Positions 1-11,340 of a DNA stretch of 32,000 nt are shown in pieces. The notes beneath the pieces are model-generated. The model was not told the origin of the DNA. It made no database searches and saw only the letters and a program-made list of their open reading frames with translations. The position numbers and the translations under genes were made by a program. Numbering within the stretch: position 1 is the stretch's first letter; each line of letters begins with the position of its first letter. Source of the stretch: Raphidiopsis brookii D9 (GTDB lineage: Bacteria; Cyanobacteriota; Cyanobacteriia; Cyanobacteriales; Nostocaceae); assembly GCA_000175855.1 (NCBI GenBank), contig ACYB01000037.1, positions 90,001-122,000 of the forward strand. The letters are read 5' to 3'.

Positions 1-2
1 AA

Positions 3-1226
3 CAACTACTATGGGAAATTGAGAAGTTAACAATTAACCCCACGCAAGACTCCCAAGAAGAAATTGCTCAGGCCTACCACAACCTAGGAACTTTATATCG
101 CCTGCGCATTGAACAGGGAGATGCAAATCTAGACAATTTAATGGTAGCAATTATTGCCTATCAGGAATCCCTCAGTTATGATGACACTTCACCTTTAGTC
201 CCAGACACTTTAAATGATTTAGGTACTCTATATTGGATGCTACATCGCACATCCGTAAGCAGCCAGGAGGCACAAACATATATAGAACAGTCCCTAGAGT
301 TTTACCAATTAGTTTTAAAGATGATTGAATGTGATAGTCAGCCAGAGATCTATGCTAGAGTGCAAAGTAACTTAGCCACAGCTTATGGTGATCTGGCAAA
401 ATTTTGTCAGCCCTTAGAAAATTGGCAAGCAGCAATAAAAGCATATAGGGAAACATTGAATTATCGCAAAGAAGAAATGGATTCTCCTAAATATGCTTCC
501 TGTCAAAATAATTTAGGTACTGCTTATTGGCATCTAGCGCAACATAGTGAACCAGAAAAAATACTTAAACAAGCGATTTCCGCTTATAGTTTAGCCCTAA
601 GTCATTATCAAGCGGAAAAGGATCCTGTTAAGTATGGAATGATTCAAAATAATATTGGCACTGCTTATTGGAACTTATCCCACTATGAAACACCAGAAAA
701 GAATTTGCAATTGGCAATAGATTTTTACCAAGAAGCCTTAAAATATAGAACTCCAGAGAATATTCCCATGGGTTGTGCAGTCACCCGTAACAATTTAGGA
801 ACTGCCTATTGGCAATTGAGCAATCTACCAAATATGAAGGGAGAAAATCGCCAAAATTTACTCAAATTATCTATTGAGACTTATGAAAATACCTTAACTA
901 TAGCCAACTCTTTTGATCGGAAGGATTTGAGTTTTGATATCTTGGGCACACAAAATAATCTAGCAATAGCTCACTACCAACTCATAACCGATTCACATTT
1001 TAAAGGTGATAAAGAAATTGTTTCCTATCATTTACAAACATGCCTAGATTATTTTTTAAAAACTCTAAATGGGTTAGACGAAAATACACAACCTTATCAG
1101 GAAACATTTAACCAAATTGTCAAAATAATTCGCACTTTCCATCATGAGCTAGGTATTCAGGGGCAAAATCTAGCTCTGTCTAAAATTCCTGGCAGTCTGA
1201 TTCCCAAACTTTTACCTCAGTTATAA
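3..1226 (+). CDS. tetratricopeptide-repeat protein, 5' end outside the window
   Basis: The supplied ORF starts at 141, but the frame is open back to nt 3 (QLLWEIEKLTINPTQDSQEEIAQAYHNLGTLYRLRIEQGDANLDNL...), and that upstream part already looks like a TPR (AYHNLGTLY). Repeated motifs such as NNLGTAYWxL...A...Y. Confidence 0.85.
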   Translation, partial: QLLWEIEKLTINPTQDSQEEIAQAYHNLGTLYRLRIEQGDANLDNLMVAIIAYQESLSYDDTSPLVPDTLNDLGTLYWMLHRTSVSSQEAQTYIEQSLEFYQLVLKMIECDSQPEIYARVQSNLATAYGDLAKFCQPLENWQAAIKAYRETLNYRKEEMDSPKYASCQNNLGTAYWHLAQHSEPEKILKQAISAYSLALSHYQAEKDPVKYGMIQNNIGTAYWNLSHYETPEKNLQLAIDFYQEALKYRTPENIPMGCAVTRNNLGTAYWQLSNLPNMKGENRQNLLKLSIETYENTLTIANSFDRKDLSFDILGTQNNLAIAHYQLITDSHFKGDKEIVSYHLQTCLDYFLKTLNGLDENTQPYQETFNQIVKIIRTFHHELGIQGQNLALSKIPGSLIPKLLPQL

Positions 1227-1376
1227 ACTCTTCCCACCCAATTATGTGAAAAAAGAGCAACATATCGTTACAATAGTTAACAAACCCTATTTTATAGATT
1301 GTTGACATGGTACCAAGGGCATTTCTAAAAGGGAATTGTCCACAATTAAACACCCGAAAACACTAATAAAAGCTTA

Positions 1377-3263
1377 ATGATTAGTACAACCCGATCAGAA
1401 ACACACCATCAACCAAAAGTCCTGGCTGAAGCCGAACCAGAACAACTATATTACGACCCTCAACAGATTGCAGCATATTACCAAGATAAACTAGGACAAG
1501 TTTTACAGCGAATATTAGCAGTAATGGTACCTGTACTATCCTTAGTTTTTGCCTTATGGTGGGGTAAAAGGCGAGGAATAGTTGTGGAAAACCACCGCCC
1601 CATAGCCATTCAACTGCGAGAATTGCTGACAAAACTTGGGCCTGCGTATATTAAAATAGGACAAGCTCTATCCACCAGACCGGATTTAGTTCCTCCCATA
1701 TATTTAGAAGAGCTGACTAAATTACAAGATCAACTACCAGCATTCCCCAATGAGATAGCATACCAATTTATCAAAGAAGAGTTAGGTGGTTCACCGGAAG
1801 ATATATACAGTGAAATATCACCCCATCCAATCGCAGCAGCTTCCCTAGGACAGGTTTATAAAGGTAGACTGAAAACTGGGGAAGAAGTAGCAATCAAAGT
1901 TCAGCGTCCAGATTTGCGGGAGAGAATCACCATTGATCTATATATTCTGAGAATTTTAGCTGGTTGGGTGCAAAAAAATGTGAAACGGGTCAGAAGTGAC
2001 CTAGTGGGAATTTTGGACGAATTAGGTAGTCGCATTTTTGAAGAAATGGACTATATCCGGGAAGGGGAAAATGCTGAACGTTTTTTTGAATTATATGGAC
2101 ACCTCCCAGATATTTACGTACCTAAAATCTACTGGGAATATACCAACCGGCGTGTGTTAACAATGGAATGGATTAATGGGATTAAACTTACCCAACCACA
2201 AGAAATTGAGACTTTGGGTATCAATGCGCGTTATCTAATAGAAATAGGAGTACAGTGTTCTCTCAGACAATTACTAGAACATGGATTTTTTCATGCAGAT
2301 CCTCATCCTGGTAACTTATTAGCCACCTTTGATGGTAAACTAGCCTATTTAGACTTTGGGATGATGAGTGAGGTTAAACCACCCCAGCGTTATGGTTTAA
2401 TTGAAGCCATTGTTCATGTTGTTAACCGAGACTTTGACTCTTTAGCAAAAGACTATGTTAAACTGGAGTTTCTCACTCCAGATACGGATCTAACCCCAAT
2501 AGTTCCTGCTTTTGCCAGAGTATTTGCTAATGCTCAGGGTGCAAGCGTAGCTGAACTAAATATTAAAAGTATCACGGATGATTTATCACAGTTAATGTAT
2601 GAGTATCCTTTTAGAGTTCCTCCTTATTATGCTTTGATTATTCGTTCCTTGGTTACTCTAGAGGGAATTGCCATTTATATTGACCCAAACTTCAAAGTTC
2701 TGAGTGAAGCTTATCCCTATGTTTCTAAAAGACTATTAACTGACCCATCGGAAGAATTGCGAGCATCCCTACAAGATCTACTATTTAAAGATGGCAAATT
2801 TCGCTGGAATCGTTTAGAGAACTTGTTAAAAAATGCCCGTAACAATCAAGACTACGACTTAAATTTAGTCATGAATCAAACCGTGGAATTTTTATCTTCC
2901 CAACGTGGTGGATTTATTCGCGATAAATTGGTGGATGAGGTTGTCAATGGACTAGATGCAGTGAGTAAAAATCTTCTCCATAACTTCACCTCCCTACTTA
3001 GACAAAAATTCGGTTTGACAGCAGTTAATGAAGTAGCTGGTGCAACAGTTGAACAACAACAAACCCTAGAACATATTCAGCGAATTGTAGGTATTTTACA
3101 ACAAACTAGAGGTTTTGATCCTAGCAAACTTGCTCCCCAATTAATGGAGATTTTAGTGAATCCCAAAGTCCATCATTTGGGTCAGCAAATTGCTGGTCGC
3201 TTTACCCAAAAAGCTATGGCCAGATTAATTCGTCAGTTATTAATGTCCGAAAAAACACCTTAA
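1377..3263 (+). CDS. ABC1/AarF/UbiB-family atypical kinase-like protein
   Basis: Family motifs: GPAYIKIGQALSTRPDL, AAASLGQVYKG, VAIKVQRPDL, FFHADPHPGNLLA, LAYLDFGMM. Confidence 0.95.
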   Translation: MISTTRSETHHQPKVLAEAEPEQLYYDPQQIAAYYQDKLGQVLQRILAVMVPVLSLVFALWWGKRRGIVVENHRPIAIQLRELLTKLGPAYIKIGQALSTRPDLVPPIYLEELTKLQDQLPAFPNEIAYQFIKEELGGSPEDIYSEISPHPIAAASLGQVYKGRLKTGEEVAIKVQRPDLRERITIDLYILRILAGWVQKNVKRVRSDLVGILDELGSRIFEEMDYIREGENAERFFELYGHLPDIYVPKIYWEYTNRRVLTMEWINGIKLTQPQEIETLGINARYLIEIGVQCSLRQLLEHGFFHADPHPGNLLATFDGKLAYLDFGMMSEVKPPQRYGLIEAIVHVVNRDFDSLAKDYVKLEFLTPDTDLTPIVPAFARVFANAQGASVAELNIKSITDDLSQLMYEYPFRVPPYYALIIRSLVTLEGIAIYIDPNFKVLSEAYPYVSKRLLTDPSEELRASLQDLLFKDGKFRWNRLENLLKNARNNQDYDLNLVMNQTVEFLSSQRGGFIRDKLVDEVVNGLDAVSKNLLHNFTSLLRQKFGLTAVNEVAGATVEQQQTLEHIQRIVGILQQTRGFDPSKLAPQLMEILVNPKVHHLGQQIAGRFTQKAMARLIRQLLMSEKTP

Positions 3264-3301
3264 AACTGACTCAGTTAGTTTTCTATTCCTGGCGATCGCT
3301 C

Positions 3302-4207
3302 TTAGGAAATGCGATCGCTCGTTTTGGTGTGGAAATTAGTGATATCTTCGCCTTCAAGAAGTTTTTTAGCTTGTAAAAGTTGTTGCTGATGTTCTTCACT
3401 AACAGTTGGATATTGCAAGTCTAGTCCTTGTAGTTTATCACAGATAATCTCCGACACAACTAGCCTTGTGAACCATTTTCGATCTGCAGGGATGATATAC
3501 CAAGGAGCATATTTAGTACTGGTGTGGTTAAACAGATCTTCATAAGCAATCATATAATCATGCCAAAAAGCTCGTTCTCGAACATCACTTGCAGAAAACT
3601 TCCAATGTTTAGTTGGGGATTCAATTCTCTGGAGAAAGCGTTTTTTCTGTTCCTGTGGTGACACATGGAGAAAGAACTTGAGAATAACAATACCATTATT
3701 AACCAGGTATTTTTCAAAATTGTTGATTTCCTCAAACCGCTGTTTCCAGAGTTGATTACCCTGGGGAACATGATGAAGTCGTTGTCTAGCAAGGATTTCC
3801 GGGTGTACTCTTACCACCAACAACTCTTCGTAATAAGAACGGTTAAATATACCAATCCTACCTCGTTCTGGCAAACACCTAGTGGATCGCCACAGATAAT
3901 CATGATCCAATTCTTCATCACTAGGTGCTTTAAAGCTAAACACCTGACACCCTTGAGGATTTATACCAGACATAACATGTTTAATGGTACTATCTTTTCC
4001 AGCAGCATCCATAGCTTGAAAGATAATAAGGAGAGCATAGGTATTTTGGGCATAGAGAACATCTTGATATGTAGCCAGTTCTCTGATACCCGCTCTTAAT
4101 TTTTTAACAGCATCAGCTTTTTGATGAAATTCAGCTTTATAGCTGGGGTCATAGTCCCCCAAAGAAATTTTCTTTCCTGGAGGGACAATAAAGACATCAT
4201 GATTCAT
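3302..4207 (-). CDS. polyphosphate kinase 2 (PPK2) family protein
   Basis: LIIFQAMDAAGKDSTIKHVMSGINPQGCQVFSFKAPS (Walker-A-like), RIGIFNRSYYEELLVVRVHPE, APWYIIPADRKWF. Confidence 0.95.
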   Translation of the reverse strand: MNHDVFIVPPGKKISLGDYDPSYKAEFHQKADAVKKLRAGIRELATYQDVLYAQNTYALLIIFQAMDAAGKDSTIKHVMSGINPQGCQVFSFKAPSDEELDHDYLWRSTRCLPERGRIGIFNRSYYEELLVVRVHPEILARQRLHHVPQGNQLWKQRFEEINNFEKYLVNNGIVILKFFLHVSPQEQKKRFLQRIESPTKHWKFSASDVRERAFWHDYMIAYEDLFNHTSTKYAPWYIIPADRKWFTRLVVSEIICDKLQGLDLQYPTVSEEHQQQLLQAKKLLEGEDITNFHTKTSDRIS

Positions 4208-4799
4208 TTAAAGACAATTCTAGAGATGTTTTCTGTAATTCTACCAAACGTGCCAAAACTTCTTGACTGTGAACATTAGGATTAACTCCCAGAAAAATTT
4301 CTCTGAGAGTACCCTGTGGGTCAATAATAAAAGTATGACGCATAGAGAAAAAACCAATCCAGGATCCGTATGCTTTACTAACTGCACCATCAGTATCAGC
4401 TAACAGGGGGAATTTTAATCCCTGGGAGTCACAAAATTTGGCATGGGAGTCCACACTGTCCGCACTTACACCAACAATCCTAGTATTTTTTTCCAGATAC
4501 TTGGGCAAATCCTGTTGAAAGCGTCGTGCTTCAATAGTACAACCAGAGGTGAAATCCTTAGGGTAGAAGTATAAAATCACCCAGTGACCTCTAAAATCAG
4601 CCAGGGAAATCTTACCTTCCCCCGTGTTTGTGGGTAGAGTAAAATTAGGTGCAAGCTGATTAACAGCAGGCAATTTACCACCCAAAGCTATAGCTGTAGG
4701 AGTAATATCTGGGGGAGTGAAATTCAACCAGGTCATGAGCGAGAAAAAAGTCAGAATTAAAATTCTCGTCAAATTCCGTCGGTAAATTAGTGTAATCAT
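4197..4799 (-). CDS. thioredoxin-dependent peroxiredoxin (BCP/PrxQ-like) with N-terminal signal/anchor segment
   Basis: LAPNFTLPTNTG...HWVILYFYPKDFTSGCTIEARRF; hydrophobic N-terminus MITLIYRRNLTRILILTFFSLMTWLNF. Overlaps the PPK2 start by 11 nt. Confidence 0.93.
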   Translation of the reverse strand: MITLIYRRNLTRILILTFFSLMTWLNFTPPDITPTAIALGGKLPAVNQLAPNFTLPTNTGEGKISLADFRGHWVILYFYPKDFTSGCTIEARRFQQDLPKYLEKNTRIVGVSADSVDSHAKFCDSQGLKFPLLADTDGAVSKAYGSWIGFFSMRHTFIIDPQGTLREIFLGVNPNVHSQEVLARLVELQKTSLELSLNES

Positions 4800-4999
4800 T
4801 ATCTATCTTCCTTTTTATCTTGGTTATCCGCATCTTCCCCAATCTTCTCTATTGAATCACAATTTGCCGTTTTAATATGATTGTTAACTCATCCATAGGA
4901 CAAACATTAAAAGATGAAAGTCCAGAAAATGTCATGGCATAATATCATGGCATAAAATTGAGGATCTAACTCCAAGTTCTCTATCTTGCATCTATCAAT

Positions 5000-6511
5000 A
5001 TGTATTGTGACTACTTAGTACAAATTCTCACAGCTAAAGTCTACGATGTAGCTCAAGAAACACCCCTGGAATATGCTCCCAACCTATCAAACCGCATTCA
5101 CAATAAACTGCTGCTCAAGCGGGAAGACATGCAGTCCGTCTTTTCCTTTAAACTGCGGGGTGCTTATAATAAAATGGCCAACTTACCCCAAGACCTACTT
5201 AAACAGGGTGTTATTGCTGCTTCCGCTGGTAATCATGCTCAAGGCGTAGCTCTATCTGCTAGTCGCTTAGGAGCAAAAGCAATGATTGTTATGCCAGTTA
5301 CAACCCCTCTAGTTAAAGTAAATGCGGTTAAATCCCGTGGAGGAGAAGTAATTTTATATGGAAATACCTATGATGATGCTTATGCTTATGCTCGTAAATT
5401 AGAAGCGGAAAAAGGACTAACTTTTATCCATCCTTTTGACGATCCTTATGTCATAGCTGGTCAGGGAACTATTGGTATGGAAATACTACGTCAATACCAA
5501 CAACCAATAGATGCCATTTTCGTAGCTATTGGTGGGGGTGGGTTAATTTCCGGGATAGGAGCTTATGTGAAACGTCTACGTCCCGAAATCAAAATTATTG
5601 GTGTGGAACCCGTGGATGCTGATGCTATGTATCAATCCTTAAAAGCTGGACATAGGGTGCGCTTACCCCAAGTGGGTTTATTTGCTGATGGTGTAGCAGT
5701 AAAAGAAGTGGGAGAAGAAACTTTTCGTCTGTGTCAGGAATATGTGGATGAAATTATGCTAGTAGATACGGATGCCACCTGTGCAGCCATTAAAGACGTT
5801 TTTGAAGATACTCGTTCCATACTAGAACCTGCAGGTGCTTTATCTATTGCAGCAGCTAAATACTATGCAGAAAGGGAACAGATTCAAGGAAAGACTTTAG
5901 TGTCCGTAGCTTGTGGTGCCAATATGAACTTTGACCGTTTACGGTTTGTTGCGGAGAGAGCTGAATTTGGAGAGCGCCGCGAAGCGATTTTCGCAGTGAA
6001 TATTCCTGAGAAACCGGGGAGTCTTAAACAATTTTGTGAGTGTTTAGGTGATAGAAACCTAACAGAGTTTAATTATCGGATTGCGGATGATCGGGAAGCT
6101 CATATTTTTGTAGGTGTGCAGATTGAAAATCGAGCTGATGCTGCTAAAATAGTGGATAAATTCGAACTGCATGGTTTAAAAACCATAGATTTGACCGATG
6201 ATGAACTGACAAAACTACACCTACGTCACATGGTGGGGGGACATTCCTCCCTAGCTCACCACGAACTGTTATATAGGTTTGAATTTCCCGAACGTCCAGG
6301 AGCGCTGATGAAATTTGTCGGTTCCATGTCCCCTGACTGGAATATCAGTCTATTTCATTATCGCAATAATGGAGCGGATTATGGACGCATTGTGGTAGGA
6401 ATGCAAGTACCACCGGGTGAAATGCAGGAATGGCGGGAGTTCCTGGATTCTTTAGGTTACCGCTACTGGGAAGAAACTCAAAACCCCGCCTATAAGTTGT
6501 TTTTGGCATGA
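5000..6511 (+). CDS. ilvA: threonine ammonia-lyase, biosynthetic (with two C-terminal ACT-like domains)
   Basis: PLP lysine region LLKREDMQSVFSFKLRGAYNKM, SAGNHAQGVA, AIGGGGLISGIGAY; C-terminal regulatory repeats IPEKPGSLKQFCECLG and FPERPGALMKFVGSM. Confidence 0.96.
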   Translation: MYCDYLVQILTAKVYDVAQETPLEYAPNLSNRIHNKLLLKREDMQSVFSFKLRGAYNKMANLPQDLLKQGVIAASAGNHAQGVALSASRLGAKAMIVMPVTTPLVKVNAVKSRGGEVILYGNTYDDAYAYARKLEAEKGLTFIHPFDDPYVIAGQGTIGMEILRQYQQPIDAIFVAIGGGGLISGIGAYVKRLRPEIKIIGVEPVDADAMYQSLKAGHRVRLPQVGLFADGVAVKEVGEETFRLCQEYVDEIMLVDTDATCAAIKDVFEDTRSILEPAGALSIAAAKYYAEREQIQGKTLVSVACGANMNFDRLRFVAERAEFGERREAIFAVNIPEKPGSLKQFCECLGDRNLTEFNYRIADDREAHIFVGVQIENRADAAKIVDKFELHGLKTIDLTDDELTKLHLRHMVGGHSSLAHHELLYRFEFPERPGALMKFVGSMSPDWNISLFHYRNNGADYGRIVVGMQVPPGEMQEWREFLDSLGYRYWEETQNPAYKLFLA

Positions 6512-6535
6512 GTAAGCACACCTAGTATACCTGAG

Positions 6536-7936
6536 CTATTGGTTGTTACTAGTTGCGGAACTGGTCCACTTCAAGGATAATTCCTGAAAATGATCACCCC
6601 TAACTTCAAAGTTGGCATACTGATCAAAACTAGCACAAGCTGGTGACAACAAAATCGTGGTGGCTTGGTGCTGTTTAGCCAATTGTGCAGCTCTGGGAAT
6701 AGCTTTTTCCATAGTCTCCACAATTTCAAAGTTACCATACCCTAGATTTTCTAACCTTTTACTAAAAGTTTCAGCAGCACTACCAATTAATAATACCGCT
6801 GCGGTCTTCTCTTGAATTCTCTTCAACCAACCCGTGTCGTCTCCTGCTTTTGCTTCACCACCAGCTATTAAAATTGTTGGACTTTTTACCGATGTTAAAC
6901 CTACTTCAGCTGCATCGTAGTTTGTCGCTTTACTATCATTGATGAATTCAATTCCTTCCCATGTACAAACATGTTGTAAGCGGTGGGGAACCCCGGGGAA
7001 TTGCTGTACTCCATAGTTGATAGCAGGAATAGAAATCCCAGCTAATCTTGCTGCTCCCACTGACATAAGTAGGTTTTGCTGATTGTGCTCCCCCACCATT
7101 TTTAGATCTGTGACTGCTACTATTGGTTGAGGTTTAGAATCAGCAGATAGTTTTTCCATTACCCAGCCACTTTCTATATAGAACCCCTTTCCCCCTATTA
7201 AATGACCTAGTCCTTTGACGCTTGTCCAATAAGCATGGGACCAATGTTGTAAACCAACTTTACTTAAATAAGCGTCGTCACCATTAATAATTTGTAAGCG
7301 GGAGTTTGTCAGCAGTTTGGCCTTAATATCATAGTAGTTTTCCAGAGTTTTGTGACGAGCTAAATGGTCTGGGGTAAAAGTCGTCCAAATTCCTATGTAA
7401 GGAGAAAGACTCCAGGAAGATTCTATTTGGTAACTACTGAGTTCACCTATCACCCAGTCTGGTGGTTTTGCGCCTAAAGCTACTTCTAGAGCTACCTCCG
7501 CTACAGCATAGCCAATGTTACCACAAGCAGGAGCATAAAGACCAGCTGCTTGAAAAATAGCCGCCGTTAACGCTGTGGTGGTAGTTTTGCCATTGGTACC
7601 AGTAATTCCCACCCAGGGAATATCTTGCATTTGTCTCCATGCTAGTTCCATTTCTCCCATGGTTTCTATTCCCATCTCTCGTGCTTTAACCAGCAGAGGA
7701 ATATCCCATGGAACTCCTGGACTAACTACGATTAATTTTGGTAATTGGTTCTCTTTTAATTCTGGGTTGTTTCCTAATTTGACAATGATTTGTTCCTGGG
7801 CAAGTTTTTGTTGTTGTTCTAGGAGGAATGGGGAGGTATTACTGTCCCAAATTTCTACCTCCCATCCTTCCTGTTTCAACAATCTCGCCGCAGCAATACC
7901 GGACTTTCCTAATCCCATTACAATGGCTTTTGGCAT
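6536..7936 (-). CDS. murD: UDP-N-acetylmuramoyl-L-alanine--D-glutamate ligase
   Basis: [74 protein letters not shown]. Confidence 0.97.
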   Translation of the reverse strand: MPKAIVMGLGKSGIAAARLLKQEGWEVEIWDSNTSPFLLEQQQKLAQEQIIVKLGNNPELKENQLPKLIVVSPGVPWDIPLLVKAREMGIETMGEMELAWRQMQDIPWVGITGTNGKTTTTALTAAIFQAAGLYAPACGNIGYAVAEVALEVALGAKPPDWVIGELSSYQIESSWSLSPYIGIWTTFTPDHLARHKTLENYYDIKAKLLTNSRLQIINGDDAYLSKVGLQHWSHAYWTSVKGLGHLIGGKGFYIESGWVMEKLSADSKPQPIVAVTDLKMVGEHNQQNLLMSVGAARLAGISIPAINYGVQQFPGVPHRLQHVCTWEGIEFINDSKATNYDAAEVGLTSVKSPTILIAGGEAKAGDDTGWLKRIQEKTAAVLLIGSAAETFSKRLENLGYGNFEIVETMEKAIPRAAQLAKQHQATTILLSPACASFDQYANFEVRGDHFQELSLKWTSSATSNNQ

Positions 7937-8015
7937 AGACTGTGCAGCATCCCTGGTTAAGCTCCCCCATCTTAGCGTTAATTGGCAAAAATTACACCGG
8001 TTTTGTTAATTTTGG

Positions 8016-10166
8016 CTACAAATTTTTGACGATGGCTCCAAAATCTGCTAAAATGCGACCATGATTACGTAGTAGACCTAGTAAATTCAAACGATTGCGT
8101 TTAATGTCTGGATTTGGATCCATAACTAGCACACTATCTTCTCCGTCAAAAAATTGGCTGACCGTGGGGGCAATTTTTTCCAGGGCGGCTATTAATAACT
8201 GATAGTTGCGCGTTTGTTGGGCAAGTTGGGTCTGGGGCACCAGTGCTACTAGAGCTTGATAAAGGGCGGTTTCGGATGATTTTTGAAACAATGTGGAATT
8301 AATTAATTTATCCGGGATTAATTGTTGCAAGTCTAAATCCCCCTGTGCTGCTAACCTAGTGGAACGATTGATAGTTTCATAGATTTTCTCTAGGGTGCCA
8401 TTATGACGGATTTGTTGTAGATAGGCGGCGCGATCGCGAATGTCTAGTAGGTCCTGTAGTGCGCGTTCTATATATTCCGGATCCTGTTCTCCTAACACAG
8501 CGTTAACTAGATCGTAATCTATGTGTTTTTCTTCTTGAAGTAGGGTACGAATACGTTGGATGAAAAATTCCCGCAGGATGGATATTAAAGATTGACCATC
8601 TTTATGGAAAGTGTGAGCAAAGGAAGTTGCTGTGTACTCTAATAAATACTCCAAATTTATTGGTAGGTTAGCAACCCAAGTAATATTCACAATCCCATTG
8701 GCGGCCCGACGTAATGCAAAGGGATCGGAGGAACCAGAGGGAATTAAACCTAAACCAAAGATGCTAATTAGGGTATCTAGTCTATCAGCTAATCCCACGA
8801 TTTTCCCTATGAGGGTGGTGGGCAAAATATCATCAGCATTTCTGGGTAGATAATGCTCAAAAATGGCTTTAGCTACTTCCTCATCCTCTCCACTAGCTAG
8901 GGCATATTTTTCACCCATAATGCCCTGTAATTCGGGAAATTCATAGACCATTTGGGTGACTAAATCGGCTTTGCACAATAGAGCAGCTCTTTCCACTCTC
9001 TTGGTTTCAGTTTCTCCCAATCCCAATTGTTGACAAATCACCTGGGCTATATTCCCGATTCTTGTGACTTTGGCTCGCACAGAACCTAGATCTTCTTGAA
9101 ATGTAACTGTTTCTAATTGGGGTAAAAAGTCTGCTAGAGGTTTGGCTAAATCCGCTTCATAAAAAAATCGCCCATCCGCTAACCGAGCTCGAATTACCCT
9201 CTCATTACCTAGTGCAATAATATCTGATTTTTCTGGATCTCCATTGGATATGGTGACAAAGTTTGGTAATAGTTCTCTTCTATCCCGGTTTTTAAAAACT
9301 GGGAAGTAACGTTGGTGGGTAACCATGACAGTGGTGGATACTTCTGTTGGTAATTGGAGAAATTCATCTTCAAATTTACCCACCACAGCTGTGGGATATT
9401 CTACTAAATTGGTAGTTTCTGCCAACAGGTCCGGATAAATTTCTGTACAACCACCCAATTCTTCTACAGCTCTATTTACCTGGTCAACAATGATTTTCTC
9501 CCGCTCCTCTGGAGAAACTATCACATAACCATTAGCCAAGGTTTCCACATATTCTGTCGCATGGGAAATACTCACCGCTTCCCGATGTAAAACCCTATGT
9601 ACCCAGGAAATGCGATCGCTCTTGACTATTTTTTCCCCATTTCTCAATTCTAAGGGTAAAACATCTCCATCCAATAAAGCAACTAACCAGCGAATAGGAC
9701 GAGAAAACCTCCCATCCCCACTTCCCCAGCGCATTAACCGCTTTCCTTCTAAACTCCAAACCCATTGGGGAACTAGTTCGGTCAAAATTTCTGTTATGGG
9801 TCTCCCTAGTGTCCTTTTATTGACAAAGATAAAATCCCCCTTATCTGTAGAACGAACCTCTAAAGCGGATAGTTCCACTCCCTGCTTTTTGGCAAACCCC
9901 TCAGCTGCTTTGGTTGGTTTACCATCTTTGAACGCTGCTTGAGCAGGTGGTCCCTTAATTTCTTCGTCCTGATCCGGTTGCTGGGATGGTAATCCAGTGA
10001 TCAGCACTGCTAACCTACGAGGGGTTCCAAAAACCGCCACTTTTTCTATGGGGAGACCATGAGCTTCCAGCATTTGGGGAATGCGCGATCGCCATTGTGT
10101 AATCGCGCTACTCAAAAAGCTTGCTGGTAGTTCTTCTGTACCAACTTCTAATAAAAACGCAGTCAT
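8016..10166 (-). CDS. glyS: glycine--tRNA ligase beta subunit
   Basis: [13 protein letters not shown] at the N-terminus, [37 protein letters not shown]. The second Met ([14 protein letters not shown], position 10166) is the likelier start than the track's 10187. Confidence 0.96.
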   Translation of the reverse strand: MTAFLLEVGTEELPASFLSSAITQWRSRIPQMLEAHGLPIEKVAVFGTPRRLAVLITGLPSQQPDQDEEIKGPPAQAAFKDGKPTKAAEGFAKKQGVELSALEVRSTDKGDFIFVNKRTLGRPITEILTELVPQWVWSLEGKRLMRWGSGDGRFSRPIRWLVALLDGDVLPLELRNGEKIVKSDRISWVHRVLHREAVSISHATEYVETLANGYVIVSPEEREKIIVDQVNRAVEELGGCTEIYPDLLAETTNLVEYPTAVVGKFEDEFLQLPTEVSTTVMVTHQRYFPVFKNRDRRELLPNFVTISNGDPEKSDIIALGNERVIRARLADGRFFYEADLAKPLADFLPQLETVTFQEDLGSVRAKVTRIGNIAQVICQQLGLGETETKRVERAALLCKADLVTQMVYEFPELQGIMGEKYALASGEDEEVAKAIFEHYLPRNADDILPTTLIGKIVGLADRLDTLISIFGLGLIPSGSSDPFALRRAANGIVNITWVANLPINLEYLLEYTATSFAHTFHKDGQSLISILREFFIQRIRTLLQEEKHIDYDLVNAVLGEQDPEYIERALQDLLDIRDRAAYLQQIRHNGTLEKIYETINRSTRLAAQGDLDLQQLIPDKLINSTLFQKSSETALYQALVALVPQTQLAQQTRNYQLLIAALEKIAPTVSQFFDGEDSVLVMDPNPDIKRNRLNLLGLLRNHGRILADFGAIVKNL

Positions 10167-10201
10167 GATTTTACTAATGTTTATCAATCAATTCCACCAG
10201 T

Positions 10202-11023
10202 TTACCTGGAGACGAGGGAAGTTGATGGACTGTGGTTGAGCAGGTTGTGGGTGTACAAGTACTGTTCTTTGACAATTGATGGGGGAAACCTATTTAATCT
10301 ACTCTCTACTACGATGGGGATTGCTCTAGGAATCTGTGCTGCGTATGGAACCCACCAAGTGCTGTCTGTAATTGGTGAATGTATATCTCTTTTGCCATCG
10401 TTATCAGATATATGAATCTCCAAAATCCTCTCCGATGGAAGTTTTAGCCATTCTAGTTTTTCTGACAAGCTCTGATTACGCCAAATATTAATATGTGCTA
10501 AATCAACTACGATTTTTATCTCAGGTAGATCTTCACAAAATTCGGTCAACTCCCAACTGTTATCCAACAGATAATAATTCCAACTATTAGGAGGTGTGGG
10601 ATACATGGTTTCTACTCCCAGGACAATTCCCCGCTTCTCACAGATTTGCTGTAAATGTTGAACATTTTCTTTAAACTGATTATAGGCTTTTTCTCTCTCT
10701 TGACCTCTATGAAAATCTCCTCCATGAACAGAATAGGCTGTTACTTTTAAATCTCCTAACCAGTCTATCATGCACTCAAAATACCTCCATTCCTGGGGTT
10801 CTGCTAGGTTGAAGCTTTTATGAGTTTCTCCCCAAACAAAGGCGTGATGAGCTCTATAAGTCATGCCTTTTTGCTGAAATTCTTTAATCGCTTTCACTGC
10901 ATCCCGATCACAACGCGGACCAATTGCTAGTTCTACCTGCTTGATTCCTAATCCCCAGAACATGGTCAAAATTTGACGAGTTGATACTCCACCATAGGCA
11001 GAGGTGCTAAAGTATAATTCCAT
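10202..11023 (-). CDS. sugar phosphate isomerase/epimerase-like TIM-barrel protein (AP_endonuc_2 / xylose-isomerase-like)
   Basis: MELYFSTSAYGGVS, TAYSVHGGDF, IVLGVETMYPTP, KIVVDLAHINIW, ILEIHISDNDGKRDIHSPI. Confidence 0.7.
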   Translation of the reverse strand: MELYFSTSAYGGVSTRQILTMFWGLGIKQVELAIGPRCDRDAVKAIKEFQQKGMTYRAHHAFVWGETHKSFNLAEPQEWRYFECMIDWLGDLKVTAYSVHGGDFHRGQEREKAYNQFKENVQHLQQICEKRGIVLGVETMYPTPPNSWNYYLLDNSWELTEFCEDLPEIKIVVDLAHINIWRNQSLSEKLEWLKLPSERILEIHISDNDGKRDIHSPITDSTWWVPYAAQIPRAIPIVVESRLNRFPPSIVKEQYLYTHNLLNHSPSTSLVSR

Positions 11024-11051
11024 TTGTTTCCTAATAAATTCTATTTATTAA

Positions 11052-11289
11052 ATTGTATTCAAACACTGACACTGTGGGTTTTAACTTAAAAAGTTTGGAC
11101 ACATAAAAAACTAATATGCCCATCTCTCCCCCTAGCTGGTCTATTTCTTATTCTGAGTGATTCATACTTCTTAATAGGTCCTTGATGGGAGATAAAATGT
11201 AGTAGGCAATTTGCTTGAGGACGAAATTGATTAGCATGTCTTTCAACTAATACTTTATATTTGAACAATATGTCATCTATACTAGTCAT
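11052..11289 (-). pseudogene. decayed tandem paralogue of the 11341-12075 gene, with N- and C-terminal ends kept and the middle lost
   Basis: N-terminus MTSIDDILFKYKVLVERHANQ matches MTNIDSLLSSYQALSEEHAKQ. About 70 nt further on and in another frame (11153-11052), E*EIDQLGGEMGILVFYVSKLFKLKPTVSVFEYN matches EEEIQQLGREIAILVVYSISLFTLKPTVSVFEYN. Confidence 0.85.
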
Positions 11290-11340
11290 AACTTCGCTTG
11301 TGTGGACATAGTTAAAAAATGGTAACCGTCAATCTATGGC

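Noticed and set aside
3550-4099. Small ORFs overlapping the PPK2 gene
   Set aside because: Both overlap an unambiguous conserved coding region and show no independent signal.
7575-8009. Plus-strand ORF antisense to murD, and similar ORFs inside glyS, trmFO, the ABC genes and cobJ
   Set aside because: Typical antisense shadow ORFs of conserved genes.
10202-11023. TIM-barrel protein considered as a DUF692/MbnB-like RiPP-modifying enzyme
   Set aside because: Motifs (TAYSVHGGDF, GVETM, VVDLAHINIW, EIHISDNDGKRDIH) fit generic xylose-isomerase-like/AP_endonuc_2 proteins better, and no precursor peptide or MbnC-like partner is present.
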